64,000 nt of DNA from Limnochordia bacterium (GCA_007116145.1 SKJB01000111.1:2804-66803), one strand, 5' to 3'; numbered from the stretch's first letter, positions 29,276 to 38,910 are shown. Numbers and translations are program-made. The notes: generated by a model not told the origin, from the sequence alone.

Positions 29276-30685
29276 ACGCCCTAGCGATATTTCTGCTACA
29301 AAGGAGCTCGACGATATGGTATCACCCATGCCAACGGTACTCACTGGATTAGGAACAACGTGAGCGGGCACTAGTACAAGATAGTGATCAGAGGTTTCCA
29401 TTATGCCCGATTCGGTGAAATCTGAAGGAATGGGTAATCCTTGGGTTCTAGCTTCTTCGGCAAAGGAAACTAATTGCCGCAGTCCAATTTGCGAGAGGGG
29501 GTAGTCACGCATTTCCACAAGATCGTCTGCAAAGACTACTCCGCCTTTTTTTGCCTTTATACCATTAACAGCAGAAGCAAACAAACAGGCTTGACGAACT
29601 AATGCTGGCAAAACAGGATACGGCTTCGCTAAAATCAGGATGTAATAACCAAGATTGTGCAGCTGAATCCGAGATATCTTAAAGTGCCTAAACAAAGCCA
29701 AGGTTCCCTCGTACAAACTAAAAGCACGTTCATTCGTCTTGATCTCGCTGGCTAAAGCATTATTACCCAGCTCCACTAATAATCGCAGTATTTCGTTTTC
29801 ATTAATGCCGAAACTGGTAAACTCAGGTATAAGTGCTTCCAAGAGGGTAACCTCTTCAGCACTGTCTTGCATCGGAACATATTCTAAGTGTAACTGTAGC
29901 TCTGGATTCTTTTCTCTTAATGAGCAAAGCTGCTTTAAACTTAACGCAATATAGCTAGCTAAGGTATCAGCCCGTCCTGCTATTCTTCCATGATGATACC
30001 CCGCCATGAATCCCACTTGAAATCTCTGCCCCAACTCTGGTAGATACGCTTCCATTTCTTTGTCAAAACCCATAGCCGCCTTATGATTACGAGTTCCTAA
30101 AATAATCCGATTCGCTCGGGGAGTAACAATCTCCTGTGAACCAAAGACATAACGCGTCTCTTTGGGATACTCAAAAATGTAATTAACCTTTGTCCAACTA
30201 TCGTTCACCCCTTTATCAATGGGGACCCAGCGCAGCCCATTAGTGATTATAGGGAACATAACCTGGTGATGATAAACACGTGCTTGTTTGGCTGACAAGA
30301 CCGGGTTGTAGACATGAGATTTGGCGCCTAAAGCAGCCATTTGGTTAGCAATAATCCCAGCCTGCCCACCCATAGCTTCGTTCTTTGCACAGAAGTTTGC
30401 ATCCAGCCATTTCGCTAGTTTCATATCCATAACACCATAATACGATTTCCCTTCAACCATACACTCTTGCAACAAAGCTAAGAAGTGGGTGCTAGTTTCC
30501 ACCGACCACAAACGCCTCGGTTCTAAAGGGGGATCAACGAAACACGCGGGCTCATGAACAAAGATCTTTTTGAGCTGGGCGGGAGTAACTTGAACCACCA
30601 CATCAATATTTGCATTGAAGGCAGCAAACACACCACAATCGATATGTGTTTGCAACGCTTCTCTCACTAATTCCATCCAAACCAT
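29261..30685 (-). CDS. ADP-dependent sugar kinase family protein, paralog 2
   Basis: 474 aa; FAAFNANIDVVV N-terminal motif and C-terminal NPVSTVGMGDTISSSS identical in pattern to the 9849-11282 paralog. Confidence 0.55.
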   Translation of the reverse strand: MVWMELVREALQTHIDCGVFAAFNANIDVVVQVTPAQLKKIFVHEPACFVDPPLEPRRLWSVETSTHFLALLQECMVEGKSYYGVMDMKLAKWLDANFCAKNEAMGGQAGIIANQMAALGAKSHVYNPVLSAKQARVYHHQVMFPIITNGLRWVPIDKGVNDSWTKVNYIFEYPKETRYVFGSQEIVTPRANRIILGTRNHKAAMGFDKEMEAYLPELGQRFQVGFMAGYHHGRIAGRADTLASYIALSLKQLCSLREKNPELQLHLEYVPMQDSAEEVTLLEALIPEFTSFGINENEILRLLVELGNNALASEIKTNERAFSLYEGTLALFRHFKISRIQLHNLGYYILILAKPYPVLPALVRQACLFASAVNGIKAKKGGVVFADDLVEMRDYPLSQIGLRQLVSFAEEARTQGLPIPSDFTESGIMETSDHYLVLVPAHVVPNPVSTVGMGDTISSSSFVAEISLGRLNSI

Positions 30686-30798
30686 CTCTGCTCAACTCCT
30701 TTCCGCTCTTCCTCTATATTATGTCTCACAGCCGTTGTTCATGCCTCTCCTATTTCGGTATCGGCAAAACGAAAACTCTCGATATTTACCATCATTCG

Positions 30799-30813
30799 CT
30801 ATCAGAGTGATAG
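30799..30813. promoter_or_regulatory. operator-like perfect palindrome CTATCA-GAG-TGATAG upstream of ADP-kinase paralog 2
   Basis: 6-bp inverted repeat with a 3-nt spacer in the 182-nt upstream region of the 29261-30685 gene. Confidence 0.3.
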
Positions 30814-30867
30814 AATCCTTTTCCTGAATAAGCACCTGAGAACAACAACCACTCAGGTTTGAGAATT

Positions 30868-31788
30868 CTAAATGTGTACTCCCTTTAGACTACCTAAATC
30901 TACCTGAATGGTATGGTTGTAGGCTGCTTGACTAAAATAAGCTTCTGCATCTGCTAAGGTCATACCTGATAACTGCACTTTATTTAAGTCTCCCTCACCA
31001 ACACCCTGTTGGATAAGCAGCCATAGATACTGAACAGCTTGCGGTGTAAAACCTAAGAGCCTCGCACCCACCACATCTGTACTAATTGGATCTGTTCCCA
31101 TCACTATTACCCCACTGTTTACCGGCTTCCCGCCTGCGGGGCCAGTTCCGACCATCGCATGAGTACCACTCAAAATAGTTAAATCAACGGGAATGGCTTG
31201 CCCCATTGCAGCTATAAATTGATGGAGATTATTATGAATCCCTAAATTTTTTTTTGGCCAGCCATGCTTTTCCGCAGGGGGCCAACTAAGTGCAATATTC
31301 TTCAGCCCTAAGGAAACGGTTGCTTCCTCGTGATGCTTAATGGGTGTATAGGAAATCAATACATCAACGGAGTCAAGCAGTGTATTCATTGGTGTAATAT
31401 CTGGCAGACAATACTTGAGCTTCAAATCCATATAAGGTCCGTAATTTAGATCAATAAACTCCACCTTCTCCTCTAGTAAAACATCAGCAAAACCTTGATC
31501 ACGCAGAACCTTTTGGGTGGTTGTACCACCAGATCCACAGGCAATTACCACGCGTTTTGGGTAATACCCTTTCACAATTTTAATGATTTCATGCAAAGAA
31601 CCAGGCCCGACAATGGTCCCAGTGCTCGGACAAACATTTTTCACCCAGTTCGGCGTGATAACGACTGTATCTCCCTCTTTAATGAAGGTCTCAAGTGGCA
31701 ATAAATTCCACCCCTGCTTGATACCTTCGCCTTCTAACTCGTGACGAGTAATCGCTACACAGCTTTCACTCACTCTTCGCTTGCGCAC
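30868..31788 (-). CDS. DUF362-like domain protein (hypothetical)
   Basis: 306 aa; the overall pattern is reminiscent of DUF362 proteins. Assignment is tentative. Confidence 0.45.
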   Translation of the reverse strand: MRKRRVSESCVAITRHELEGEGIKQGWNLLPLETFIKEGDTVVITPNWVKNVCPSTGTIVGPGSLHEIIKIVKGYYPKRVVIACGSGGTTTQKVLRDQGFADVLLEEKVEFIDLNYGPYMDLKLKYCLPDITPMNTLLDSVDVLISYTPIKHHEEATVSLGLKNIALSWPPAEKHGWPKKNLGIHNNLHQFIAAMGQAIPVDLTILSGTHAMVGTGPAGGKPVNSGVIVMGTDPISTDVVGARLLGFTPQAVQYLWLLIQQGVGEGDLNKVQLSGMTLADAEAYFSQAAYNHTIQVDLGSLKGVHI

Positions 31789-32063
31789 GCTAACGCCTCC
31801 TTAATGTAACTACTTTTTTGCCCTTTCAAACCAGCGCCCAAGATCGCTCTAAGACCCGCTTGCAATGGGCCATTAGCAAACGAGGGTCCTCTCCAAACAC
31901 AGGACTAACCGCAAAACTTACTACCCTTGGGTTTTTATTGTGTGAACGCAAAAAACTGATTTCTAGTAACTTATTTGCGTTTAGTATACCCGGTATAGGT
32001 TGTAATTACTAATTAAACGGTGTATACTTATAAATGTAGTTAAACATAGAGGAGGTGCCTTTC

Positions 32064-32297
32064 TTGAGTACAATTACAGAAAGAGTACAAGAGGTTCTCA
32101 ACAAGATTCGCCCTGCTATTCAAGGCGATGGCGGTGACGTAGAGCTAGTAAATGTAGATGAAAATAACGTGGTATATGTGCGCCTTGTCGGAGCATGTGC
32201 TGGCTGTCCCATGTCACAAATGACATTAAAAAATGGGATAGAACGCATTGTGAAACAAGAAATTCCAGAAATTGAGTCTGTCGAGAGTGCTGAGTAA
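32064..32297 (+). CDS. NifU-like (Nfu C-terminal domain) iron-sulfur cluster scaffold/carrier
   Basis: CAGCPMSQ motif; probable TTG start at 32064 placed 8 nt after an AGGAGG RBS. Confidence 0.8.
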   Translation: MSTITERVQEVLNKIRPAIQGDGGDVELVNVDENNVVYVRLVGACAGCPMSQMTLKNGIERIVKQEIPEIESVESAE

Positions 32298-32376
32298 TAC
32301 AGTTGGGGTAGGCTATGAAAGTAGCCTACCCCATTATTTATGAAACAAAAACAAGGAAAAAACGGAGGGTCCTAGA

Positions 32377-33471
32377 GTGCAAATCTTCGTTAATAGAGCC
32401 AAAGAAATCGGCATTGACGCACTGGCGATTACTGATGCAAAACCCTTTAATAAAGAAAAGGCAGTCCTAGAACAGGTGCTACAAGCCGGACTGTACCCCC
32501 AATTTGTTGAAACAGATCTAGCGCTACGCACTGATCCCAAGCGTCTATTACCCTCTGTCCAATCCATTATTAGCGTTGCTATTGCCTATAAAAGTGTAGA
32601 CCCACACATATCCCAAGGCAAAGGTCTACTCTCACGGTACGCCTGGGGCCACGACTATCATTCCTTACTCTATCCTCGCTTGGAAACCTTAGCACAATGG
32701 ATGGTCAAGGAATTTGGGGTGAAAGAATACGTAGTCGCGGTTGATACCAAGCCTCCGATTGAGCGCGCCATCGCCCTACGATCAGGTCTTGGCTGGCTCG
32801 GTCAAAATTGCGCTATCTTTGTGCCCCCATATGGTTCTTGGGTCTTTTTAGGTGAATTACTTGTGGATATCCCTCTACCGTTCACTACACAACAACCATT
32901 AAAGCCCAACTGTAGTGAAAAGTGTGGACGGTGCGTACGCGCTTGTCCAACAAACGCACTGTTTGCACCTTATCAGATCAACCCGCATAGCTGTATCTCC
33001 TACCTTACCCAGATGAAGGGTATCATACCAAGAGAAATGCGAGCAAAAATTGGCGCTAAATTATGGGGATGCGATACCTGCCAACAGGTGTGTCCCACCA
33101 ATCAAAAAGCGCTCCCTAGCCAGCACCAAGAGTTCTATCCCCTAGATGGAACAGCCATCCCTTTAATTCCCTTGCTCTCTATTTCAAAGAAAGAGTTTCA
33201 TCAGCGATTTGGACACACCGCACTCGCATGGCGTGGCCACGGAATCCTGCAACGAAATGCAGCGATTATCCTCGGGAATCTCCGTTATACGGAAGCGATC
33301 CCTGCTTTAGGTGATGCTCTGCAAGATCCAAAACCATTTCTTCGGGCGAGTGTGGCTTGGGCCCTAGGTGAAATGCACACAGCGAGTGCAAGGAATTTAC
33401 TACATAACGCTCAGCACAAAGAAACCAATGCTATAGTATTAGAAGAGATTGAGTTGGCTTTAAGCCACTAA
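32377..33471 (+). CDS. queG: epoxyqueuosine reductase
   Basis: 364 aa; two 4Fe-4S ferredoxin motifs (CGRCVRACP, CDTCQQVCP) plus a C-terminal HEAT-like region; GTG start with a GGAGGG RBS. Confidence 0.85.
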   Translation: MQIFVNRAKEIGIDALAITDAKPFNKEKAVLEQVLQAGLYPQFVETDLALRTDPKRLLPSVQSIISVAIAYKSVDPHISQGKGLLSRYAWGHDYHSLLYPRLETLAQWMVKEFGVKEYVVAVDTKPPIERAIALRSGLGWLGQNCAIFVPPYGSWVFLGELLVDIPLPFTTQQPLKPNCSEKCGRCVRACPTNALFAPYQINPHSCISYLTQMKGIIPREMRAKIGAKLWGCDTCQQVCPTNQKALPSQHQEFYPLDGTAIPLIPLLSISKKEFHQRFGHTALAWRGHGILQRNAAIILGNLRYTEAIPALGDALQDPKPFLRASVAWALGEMHTASARNLLHNAQHKETNAIVLEEIELALSH

Positions 33472-33512
33472 TCACAAAAGACGTCATGGACCGTACGATT
33501 GGCTCTTGCTAG

Positions 33513-35603
33513 TTACTTAAGAACAGCTTTTGTTTCTAATTCAACATTCGGTGGCAACATAGATAGTTTTTGCTCACTCATTACAAACACCTCCAGCTCA
33601 AGTACAAAATCCTGCATCTGTTCTCTAGTATATCTGGGATACCAAGTCTGTCCTACTAGATCATCGCTGCAATCTAGCGACCCGAAATTGCTAACAAATT
33701 GCGAAAAGACGGAGGTGTCTATAAAGCGAAGCCTTTGATTCACAGGAGTTAAAATGGAACTGCCATCCTGATTCGACAGTATATACCCTCTACTATCAAT
33801 TGGCTCGAAACGACGCTTGCCTATAATTTCAAGACTTTCTGCGTCGAGCTGGTATAAATATTGGTAGCGCTGGAATCCCTTACGGTAGACACCCCTAAGA
33901 TAGATGTACCTACCACACCCACTGTAGGTAGTAGCTACTGGTACAACTAGCGTTCCATCGGAATCTTTCAACTCCATTATCTGCAATACCGTGCTCATAT
34001 GATTGGGATCAACTACTTTCAGCTGATTCAGCCCGTCGACAATCAATAGCTGATGCTCCGAAGGATGCAGTCGGGCATGGGGCAGCACCATATCTAGGTC
34101 AGATCCAGGTACAAGATATATGGCTTCCTCAAGTCGTACAATGTCATTTTCTACCGAATACCTGGAAAGCACTCCTTGTCGCAGCGAATACTTCTCCTCA
34201 ACGAAAAGCTTTTTGCCCGTTGGATCATAAGCGGCAAAGCGACCATTCCCTAAAGGCATATCTAAGACAACCACGTTGCTGTCTAAGTCCACCATGACAA
34301 AGTTTGACGAAATAGCCCGCAAGAGCCGACGATTCTCTACATCAACAGCTAAAATACTACCGCCCCACTGAGAATACTGCTGATGAGTCCAGATATGCGT
34401 AGAGGTATTCCACTCTAGATGACCGGAAGCAAACACACTAGTCATATACAGCACTCCATCGGAATAATACATGGATTCAATTATATAGGGCAAGCTGAAG
34501 CTCTGAAATACAACTCCCGAAATTGGATTAACATAATGTAATTGATCCCCGTTGCTAACAAAAACGAATTCGGGATGCTCACTCACAGCCACGCAGTACC
34601 TAGACTCCAGCCACAAAGGAAACTGCTTATCGTGATCGAATTGCAAAAGACCAGTGGTAGGATTCCGGTAATTTTCAGCGGTGATCAATATATATAACAC
34701 CTCATCCGATCCAAGGTCTAGACTAAGATGTAAAGATGCACCGGAGGTTACCGTACTGTAATCCAAATGAAAGTTGAAGTACTTCCGAGCGTTCACCAAA
34801 ATCTCTCCCGAGTTTGTTTCCACTTCCATGCTCATGGAAGTGTTCGGATCCTCTTTGATCTTATACAGATAATAGGGCACTTCGCTAAAGTTCAGTGATT
34901 CTCTAAGGAAAGAGTCCTCGAGAACTTCCTCAACCATGGCATACGATGGGCCAAACTCAATGGCACCAAAGAGATAAGCATTATGATCGATCCAGTATTG
35001 GTTCGTATAATCATAGACCCCATCTGTCAACCAGATGACTGCGAAGTGTTCCTGGGAGTCTCCCACGTAGATCACTAATGACGTTGTCTCTGGCAAGAGA
35101 TAAAGTGATGCGTCTACTAAACTGTTCTTGTCGTGGCCACCAAGAGATATCACCTCTAAAACCGATGCCTCGCTATCCACAGCCAATACGTGGATATACG
35201 AGAGCGTCCGGTGGGTATTAACATAGGGAAATCCACCGAGCTTAAGATTAACCTGGTAGCGGGTTGAGGGATCATCCACCCTGGTGGCGGTATAAATCAT
35301 ATAGGTTCCCGCGTTCACCTGGTGATCACTAGGCATAATCTCCCAGCCGTTTTTGCGGGCCGATAAACTGGTAGTAGCTCGCATCTGGAGGAGGACGAAT
35401 TCACCAAAAGAATCGGTATGCACAATACCTGATTCTGCCCCTCCATAAGTAATTTCCACCCCACTGAGTCTTTGCCCAAAGGGATCTTGAACATGGCCGC
35501 TAATGGAGTACCTTTGAGAGCTACCGCCAATAGCACCGTCCTCTGCACAACCTGTAGCTAGCAGAAACAAGACTATGAATATCCCAGACATAATTCGCTT
35601 CAT
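33513..35603 (-). CDS. large lipoprotein with N-terminal carboxypeptidase-regulatory-like (CarbopepD_reg) domain and probable beta-propeller region, paralog B
   Basis: 696 aa; lipobox LLATGC; SISGHVQDPFGQRLSGVEI...TDSFGEFVL matches the CarbopepD_reg pattern. Clear homology along the whole length to the adjacent 35663-37696 gene. Confidence 0.6.
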   Translation of the reverse strand: MKRIMSGIFIVLFLLATGCAEDGAIGGSSQRYSISGHVQDPFGQRLSGVEITYGGAESGIVHTDSFGEFVLLQMRATTSLSARKNGWEIMPSDHQVNAGTYMIYTATRVDDPSTRYQVNLKLGGFPYVNTHRTLSYIHVLAVDSEASVLEVISLGGHDKNSLVDASLYLLPETTSLVIYVGDSQEHFAVIWLTDGVYDYTNQYWIDHNAYLFGAIEFGPSYAMVEEVLEDSFLRESLNFSEVPYYLYKIKEDPNTSMSMEVETNSGEILVNARKYFNFHLDYSTVTSGASLHLSLDLGSDEVLYILITAENYRNPTTGLLQFDHDKQFPLWLESRYCVAVSEHPEFVFVSNGDQLHYVNPISGVVFQSFSLPYIIESMYYSDGVLYMTSVFASGHLEWNTSTHIWTHQQYSQWGGSILAVDVENRRLLRAISSNFVMVDLDSNVVVLDMPLGNGRFAAYDPTGKKLFVEEKYSLRQGVLSRYSVENDIVRLEEAIYLVPGSDLDMVLPHARLHPSEHQLLIVDGLNQLKVVDPNHMSTVLQIMELKDSDGTLVVPVATTYSGCGRYIYLRGVYRKGFQRYQYLYQLDAESLEIIGKRRFEPIDSRGYILSNQDGSSILTPVNQRLRFIDTSVFSQFVSNFGSLDCSDDLVGQTWYPRYTREQMQDFVLELEVFVMSEQKLSMLPPNVELETKAVLK

Positions 35604-35662
35604 ATAGCTATATCACCATCCTTCTTATGTGGTACCCTCGCTAGGCAATCCCGAACCCAATA

Positions 35663-37696
35663 CTAATCTGCGAGGATCCCTCCCTGATTAGCGAGAGCCT
35701 GGATCTGTTCTGGTGTAGGGATTCTACGCCTTCCATCGACGTTTCTAGGCAACGAAGGCATTACATCGTGCAGTCTCCTATCGGGAGCTACCCCTAGAAG
35801 GGACACCCCTGTAAATTGGGAGGTATGGACCAAATGCAACGAACCACTGCTAGCAGCAAGCAGCAAGGTCTCATCGCTATTTACCGCTAATAAACCTTCA
35901 TACAAAGCATCACCAAATCCTATTATAGCATGGGTCTGTAATGAATCAGAATCAAGCTCAAAAAGGAAGCTCTGCTGCTGAGCACTACCCATCACATAGA
36001 TCACATCGCCACTAGGCGTATACGTAGTAGCAATCGGGGTAATAGTCTCTCCAGAGGGACCCTGCAACGATCGAGACTGTAGCACTTTGGTTAAATCGCT
36101 TCCATCTAAGATATTCAACGTGGTGCCTTCAACGGTCAGTACCTGAGCCCCTATAGGATGCAAAGATATTGATGGGGAACCAAGATCATATTGGACCTCA
36201 ACGGACTGGTCAAAGATCAATCGATCATTGACTAAGGAAAAACGATATAGATGGTTTGGGGATTGACCCCTGGTTTCTCCAAAGACCCATTTACTATGCT
36301 TATCATAGGTAGCCAACAGGTCGGCACCAGTGGATATCTGGTCAAGAATATCATACGTATCCATGTCTAACAATACCAAGTGGGAACCACCGCTTAGAAT
36401 TATCCGCCGTTCGATGGGATCCACCATGACTGAGTGAAGACCAATCCATTCCCATCTATCAAACGAAATATCTTGGTAAAGATAAGTGGATGTATCCAAC
36501 ACGTACAAATGCGGATGAGCGTAGGGAATGGCATACACCCGCCCTTCACAGTAAGCGAGGGATCTAATACCATAAGGGAAACGAAAACTCCTCAACACAA
36601 TTCCCGACACTAGGTCAATATAATGAAAACCATTGCTCGTAGCAACAAAACCTAATTCTGCGTCATCACCAGTCAACATGTGCTGCACTCGCAGACTCAG
36701 TTCTCGCTCGTGGTCAAATCGTAAAGTACCCCAGGTAGGCACCGTATAATCCTCGGAAGTGACCATAACGTACCAGACTCCCCCATGATAAACGTTCCTT
36801 CTAATCTGCAAGGGATTGAAAGGAGTAACCAACATACTCTCACTGTGATGCATACTGTCTAAACTGCGCTGATGCTGTACCTGAATCACACCATTATTAG
36901 ACTCTATAGATAATCGAAGAGCAGCGTAATCGGTACCGTGTACCTTAAATAAGTAATAGGGTATGACCTCGAAGTCTAACGAAAAATCTGTCACGGTGTC
37001 CTCATCTAACTCAATAGCCAACGATTCGGAAACGCCATACACTAAGCGACCTTCTTCAACATAAGCTTCATGCTCTGCCCAGAAGTAATTGGCGTAATAA
37101 GGATAGTTCAAGTCAAGCTCGACCATGCCGAAAAACAAAGGATGAGGGCCATTGTTTCCAAGGTAAACCACAAGATACTGTGTTTCCGGTAATAGGGACA
37201 AGTCGTAGTGTCTTTCTTCTTTCGTAAGAGCTGCTCCTAAGTCAAGAGTTTCTAAAAATTGATGATTCCGATCAACAGCGATCACCTCCACAGTGTACCA
37301 GGAGTGAGCGTGGCGATAACCCCAAGGTAACCCTCCAAGAGTCAGCCGTACTCCTACCCTCACAGTATCATCCTCATCAACTCGTATACCTGTAAACACT
37401 AAGGGTAAGCCCGTGGAAGTATCAACGTCCTGCACCAAAGGGCCAAACCGCCAACCCTTCTTGTGAGCCAGAATAGAGGTCACACTCTCTAGATCACCAA
37501 TAACAAACCCTCCTTGTGCATTGGTAAACTGGTGACCAGATGTAACTCCTGCGAAGATGATTTCCACTTCTGGTATGGGTTGACCAAAGGTATCGTGCAC
37601 ATATCCACTGATAGAAAACTTCCCTCCACCACCTCCTGCACACCCACTAAGAATCATCAACCATACCAATAAACCAACTAACTTCCTCGTCTTCAT
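35663..37696 (-). CDS. large lipoprotein with CarbopepD_reg-like domain, paralog A
   Basis: Lipobox ILSGC following the preferred ATG at 37694-37696 (GGAGG RBS 9 nt upstream). FSISGYVHDTFGQPIPEVEI motif; paralog of 33513-35603. Confidence 0.6.
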   Translation of the reverse strand: MKTRKLVGLLVWLMILSGCAGGGGGKFSISGYVHDTFGQPIPEVEIIFAGVTSGHQFTNAQGGFVIGDLESVTSILAHKKGWRFGPLVQDVDTSTGLPLVFTGIRVDEDDTVRVGVRLTLGGLPWGYRHAHSWYTVEVIAVDRNHQFLETLDLGAALTKEERHYDLSLLPETQYLVVYLGNNGPHPLFFGMVELDLNYPYYANYFWAEHEAYVEEGRLVYGVSESLAIELDEDTVTDFSLDFEVIPYYLFKVHGTDYAALRLSIESNNGVIQVQHQRSLDSMHHSESMLVTPFNPLQIRRNVYHGGVWYVMVTSEDYTVPTWGTLRFDHERELSLRVQHMLTGDDAELGFVATSNGFHYIDLVSGIVLRSFRFPYGIRSLAYCEGRVYAIPYAHPHLYVLDTSTYLYQDISFDRWEWIGLHSVMVDPIERRIILSGGSHLVLLDMDTYDILDQISTGADLLATYDKHSKWVFGETRGQSPNHLYRFSLVNDRLIFDQSVEVQYDLGSPSISLHPIGAQVLTVEGTTLNILDGSDLTKVLQSRSLQGPSGETITPIATTYTPSGDVIYVMGSAQQQSFLFELDSDSLQTHAIIGFGDALYEGLLAVNSDETLLLAASSGSLHLVHTSQFTGVSLLGVAPDRRLHDVMPSLPRNVDGRRRIPTPEQIQALANQGGILAD

Positions 37697-38017
37697 CCAT
37701 AATAGCCTCCATCCAGGCAATCTCGTATTCCTCAAGGTGTAGAACTGTACTTTCATTTCTTCGAAATTCCAAAGCTAATGGCAATATACATTCTGCTTGT
37801 ACTGGGACGCTGATAACGGCATTGCTTTATCCGTTAGCATTTATCGTGTAGGCAATATTCTTTATAATAACTCTTTTTGGGCTTTTTCGCAAGAGTAAAC
37901 TTATCCCTGTCGCCTAAGTCATTCCGCCAAAAGAAACCAGTATAGTTAACCAACTTACTGGTGTCATCCCAGATGACGATTTTACCATGGATGATGCAAA
38001 AAAGGAGAGACTGAGAC

Positions 38018-38182
38018 GTGAAAATAGTAATTGATAATAACGTGGTCTTAGATGTGTTCCAAAATAGAGAGCCGTTCGTTGGGGCCTCTTCTAAGGTCTT
38101 ACGACTGGTTGAAACAAGACGGATCAAAGGCTTCGTTACTGCGAATTCCTTCACTGACATTTATTACGTATTACACCGTTAA
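38018..38182 (+). pseudogene. truncated PIN-domain (VapC-like) toxin gene fragment, 54 codons
   Basis: GTG start after an AAAGGAGAG RBS. The translation MKIVIDNNVVLDVFQNREPF...SFTDIYYVLHR matches the N-terminal half of PIN toxins but stops after 54 aa. No continuation is found in other frames. Confidence 0.45.
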
Positions 38183-38447
38183 TGAACTCCATACGTAGTT
38201 CACTATGTTCTTGAATTTCCAAAAACTCTTCATAGGAAACCCTTTTACCGCCATAATGATAGTCTGTAGCCTTCTCCTTTACTAACTGGTAGCGATCATA
38301 CTCTGTTAAATAGGGGGTTAGGCGGACTGCTTTTATTCCATTTTTGGTAATTACCACTTCATTGTTGTCTGTAACATAATCTATATAGTGGCCAAGGTTG
38401 TTTTTTAGCTCTGTTGCAGTGATCGTTTGCTTATGTGTGCCAACCAT
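38151..38447 (-). CDS. chimeric small ORF: Phd/YefM-like antitoxin N-terminal part fused to the N-terminal signature of a Uma2 (DUF820) endonuclease
   Basis: Residues 1-55 TITATELKNNLGHYIDYV..NNEVVITKNGIKAVRLTPYLTEYDRYQ fit the Phd/YefM pattern. Residues 70-95 VSYEEFLEIQEHSELRMEFINGVI match the Uma2 N-terminal motif, and the ORF then ends. Confidence 0.45.
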   Translation of the reverse strand: MVGTHKQTITATELKNNLGHYIDYVTDNNEVVITKNGIKAVRLTPYLTEYDRYQLVKEKATDYHYGGKRVSYEEFLEIQEHSELRMEFINGVIRNKCQ

Positions 38448-38494
38448 AGTTTAACACCTCCGTACGATAACGATATCACGTCGTACGATACATA

Positions 38495-38908
38495 TCAAAC
38501 CTGCTTAATGTAGGTAATCACCGCACCTAGATAATCAAGATACATACTGATCAATAGATCAATACTATCATAGACTAATTGATCATCTATTCCTCCATAT
38601 GCGTCGTCCAATTTATTACGCAAACTCGCAGAGGATGCGATCGCTTGGGCAAACTCCATTTCTAGTATTCCGCATTCAGTTAAGTCAATGAACGCATTGT
38701 AATCATCAATGGCTGGAGGTCTCTTTTGCTCAGCCAAAAGCACGCTTGATACACCTAACGCCAATCCAACCACGAGCTGTATCAAGCGCTCGATCGCATA
38801 CTTAGTACGAACATCTTTCGTATATTGCTCATAAGAATCTGGCTTAAACTCTTGTAACTCAACAATGAGTTGATGCATTTTCATCATTTTCTCAATCGCG
38901 ATTTCCAT
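38495..38908 (-). CDS. DUF86 / HepT-like (YutE-like) protein
   Basis: 137 aa; conserved RNKLDDAYGGID / R-x4-HxY-type segment (SASLRNKLDDAYGGIDDQLVY) and the helical architecture of DUF86. The start overlaps the tyrA stop region. Confidence 0.6.
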   Translation of the reverse strand: MEIAIEKMMKMHQLIVELQEFKPDSYEQYTKDVRTKYAIERLIQLVVGLALGVSSVLLAEQKRPPAIDDYNAFIDLTECGILEMEFAQAIASSASLRNKLDDAYGGIDDQLVYDSIDLLISMYLDYLGAVITYIKQV

Positions 38909-38910
38909 AA

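Noticed and set aside
31818-32012. 64-aa ORF in the DUF362/nfu intergenic region
   Set aside because: No RBS and low-complexity composition; it lies in a divergent promoter region. Probably non-coding.
37834-38160. 108-aa minus-strand ORF
   Set aside because: It is almost entirely antisense to the clearly PIN-like plus-strand fragment (38018-38182) and has no recognisable motif, so it is likely a spurious reading frame.
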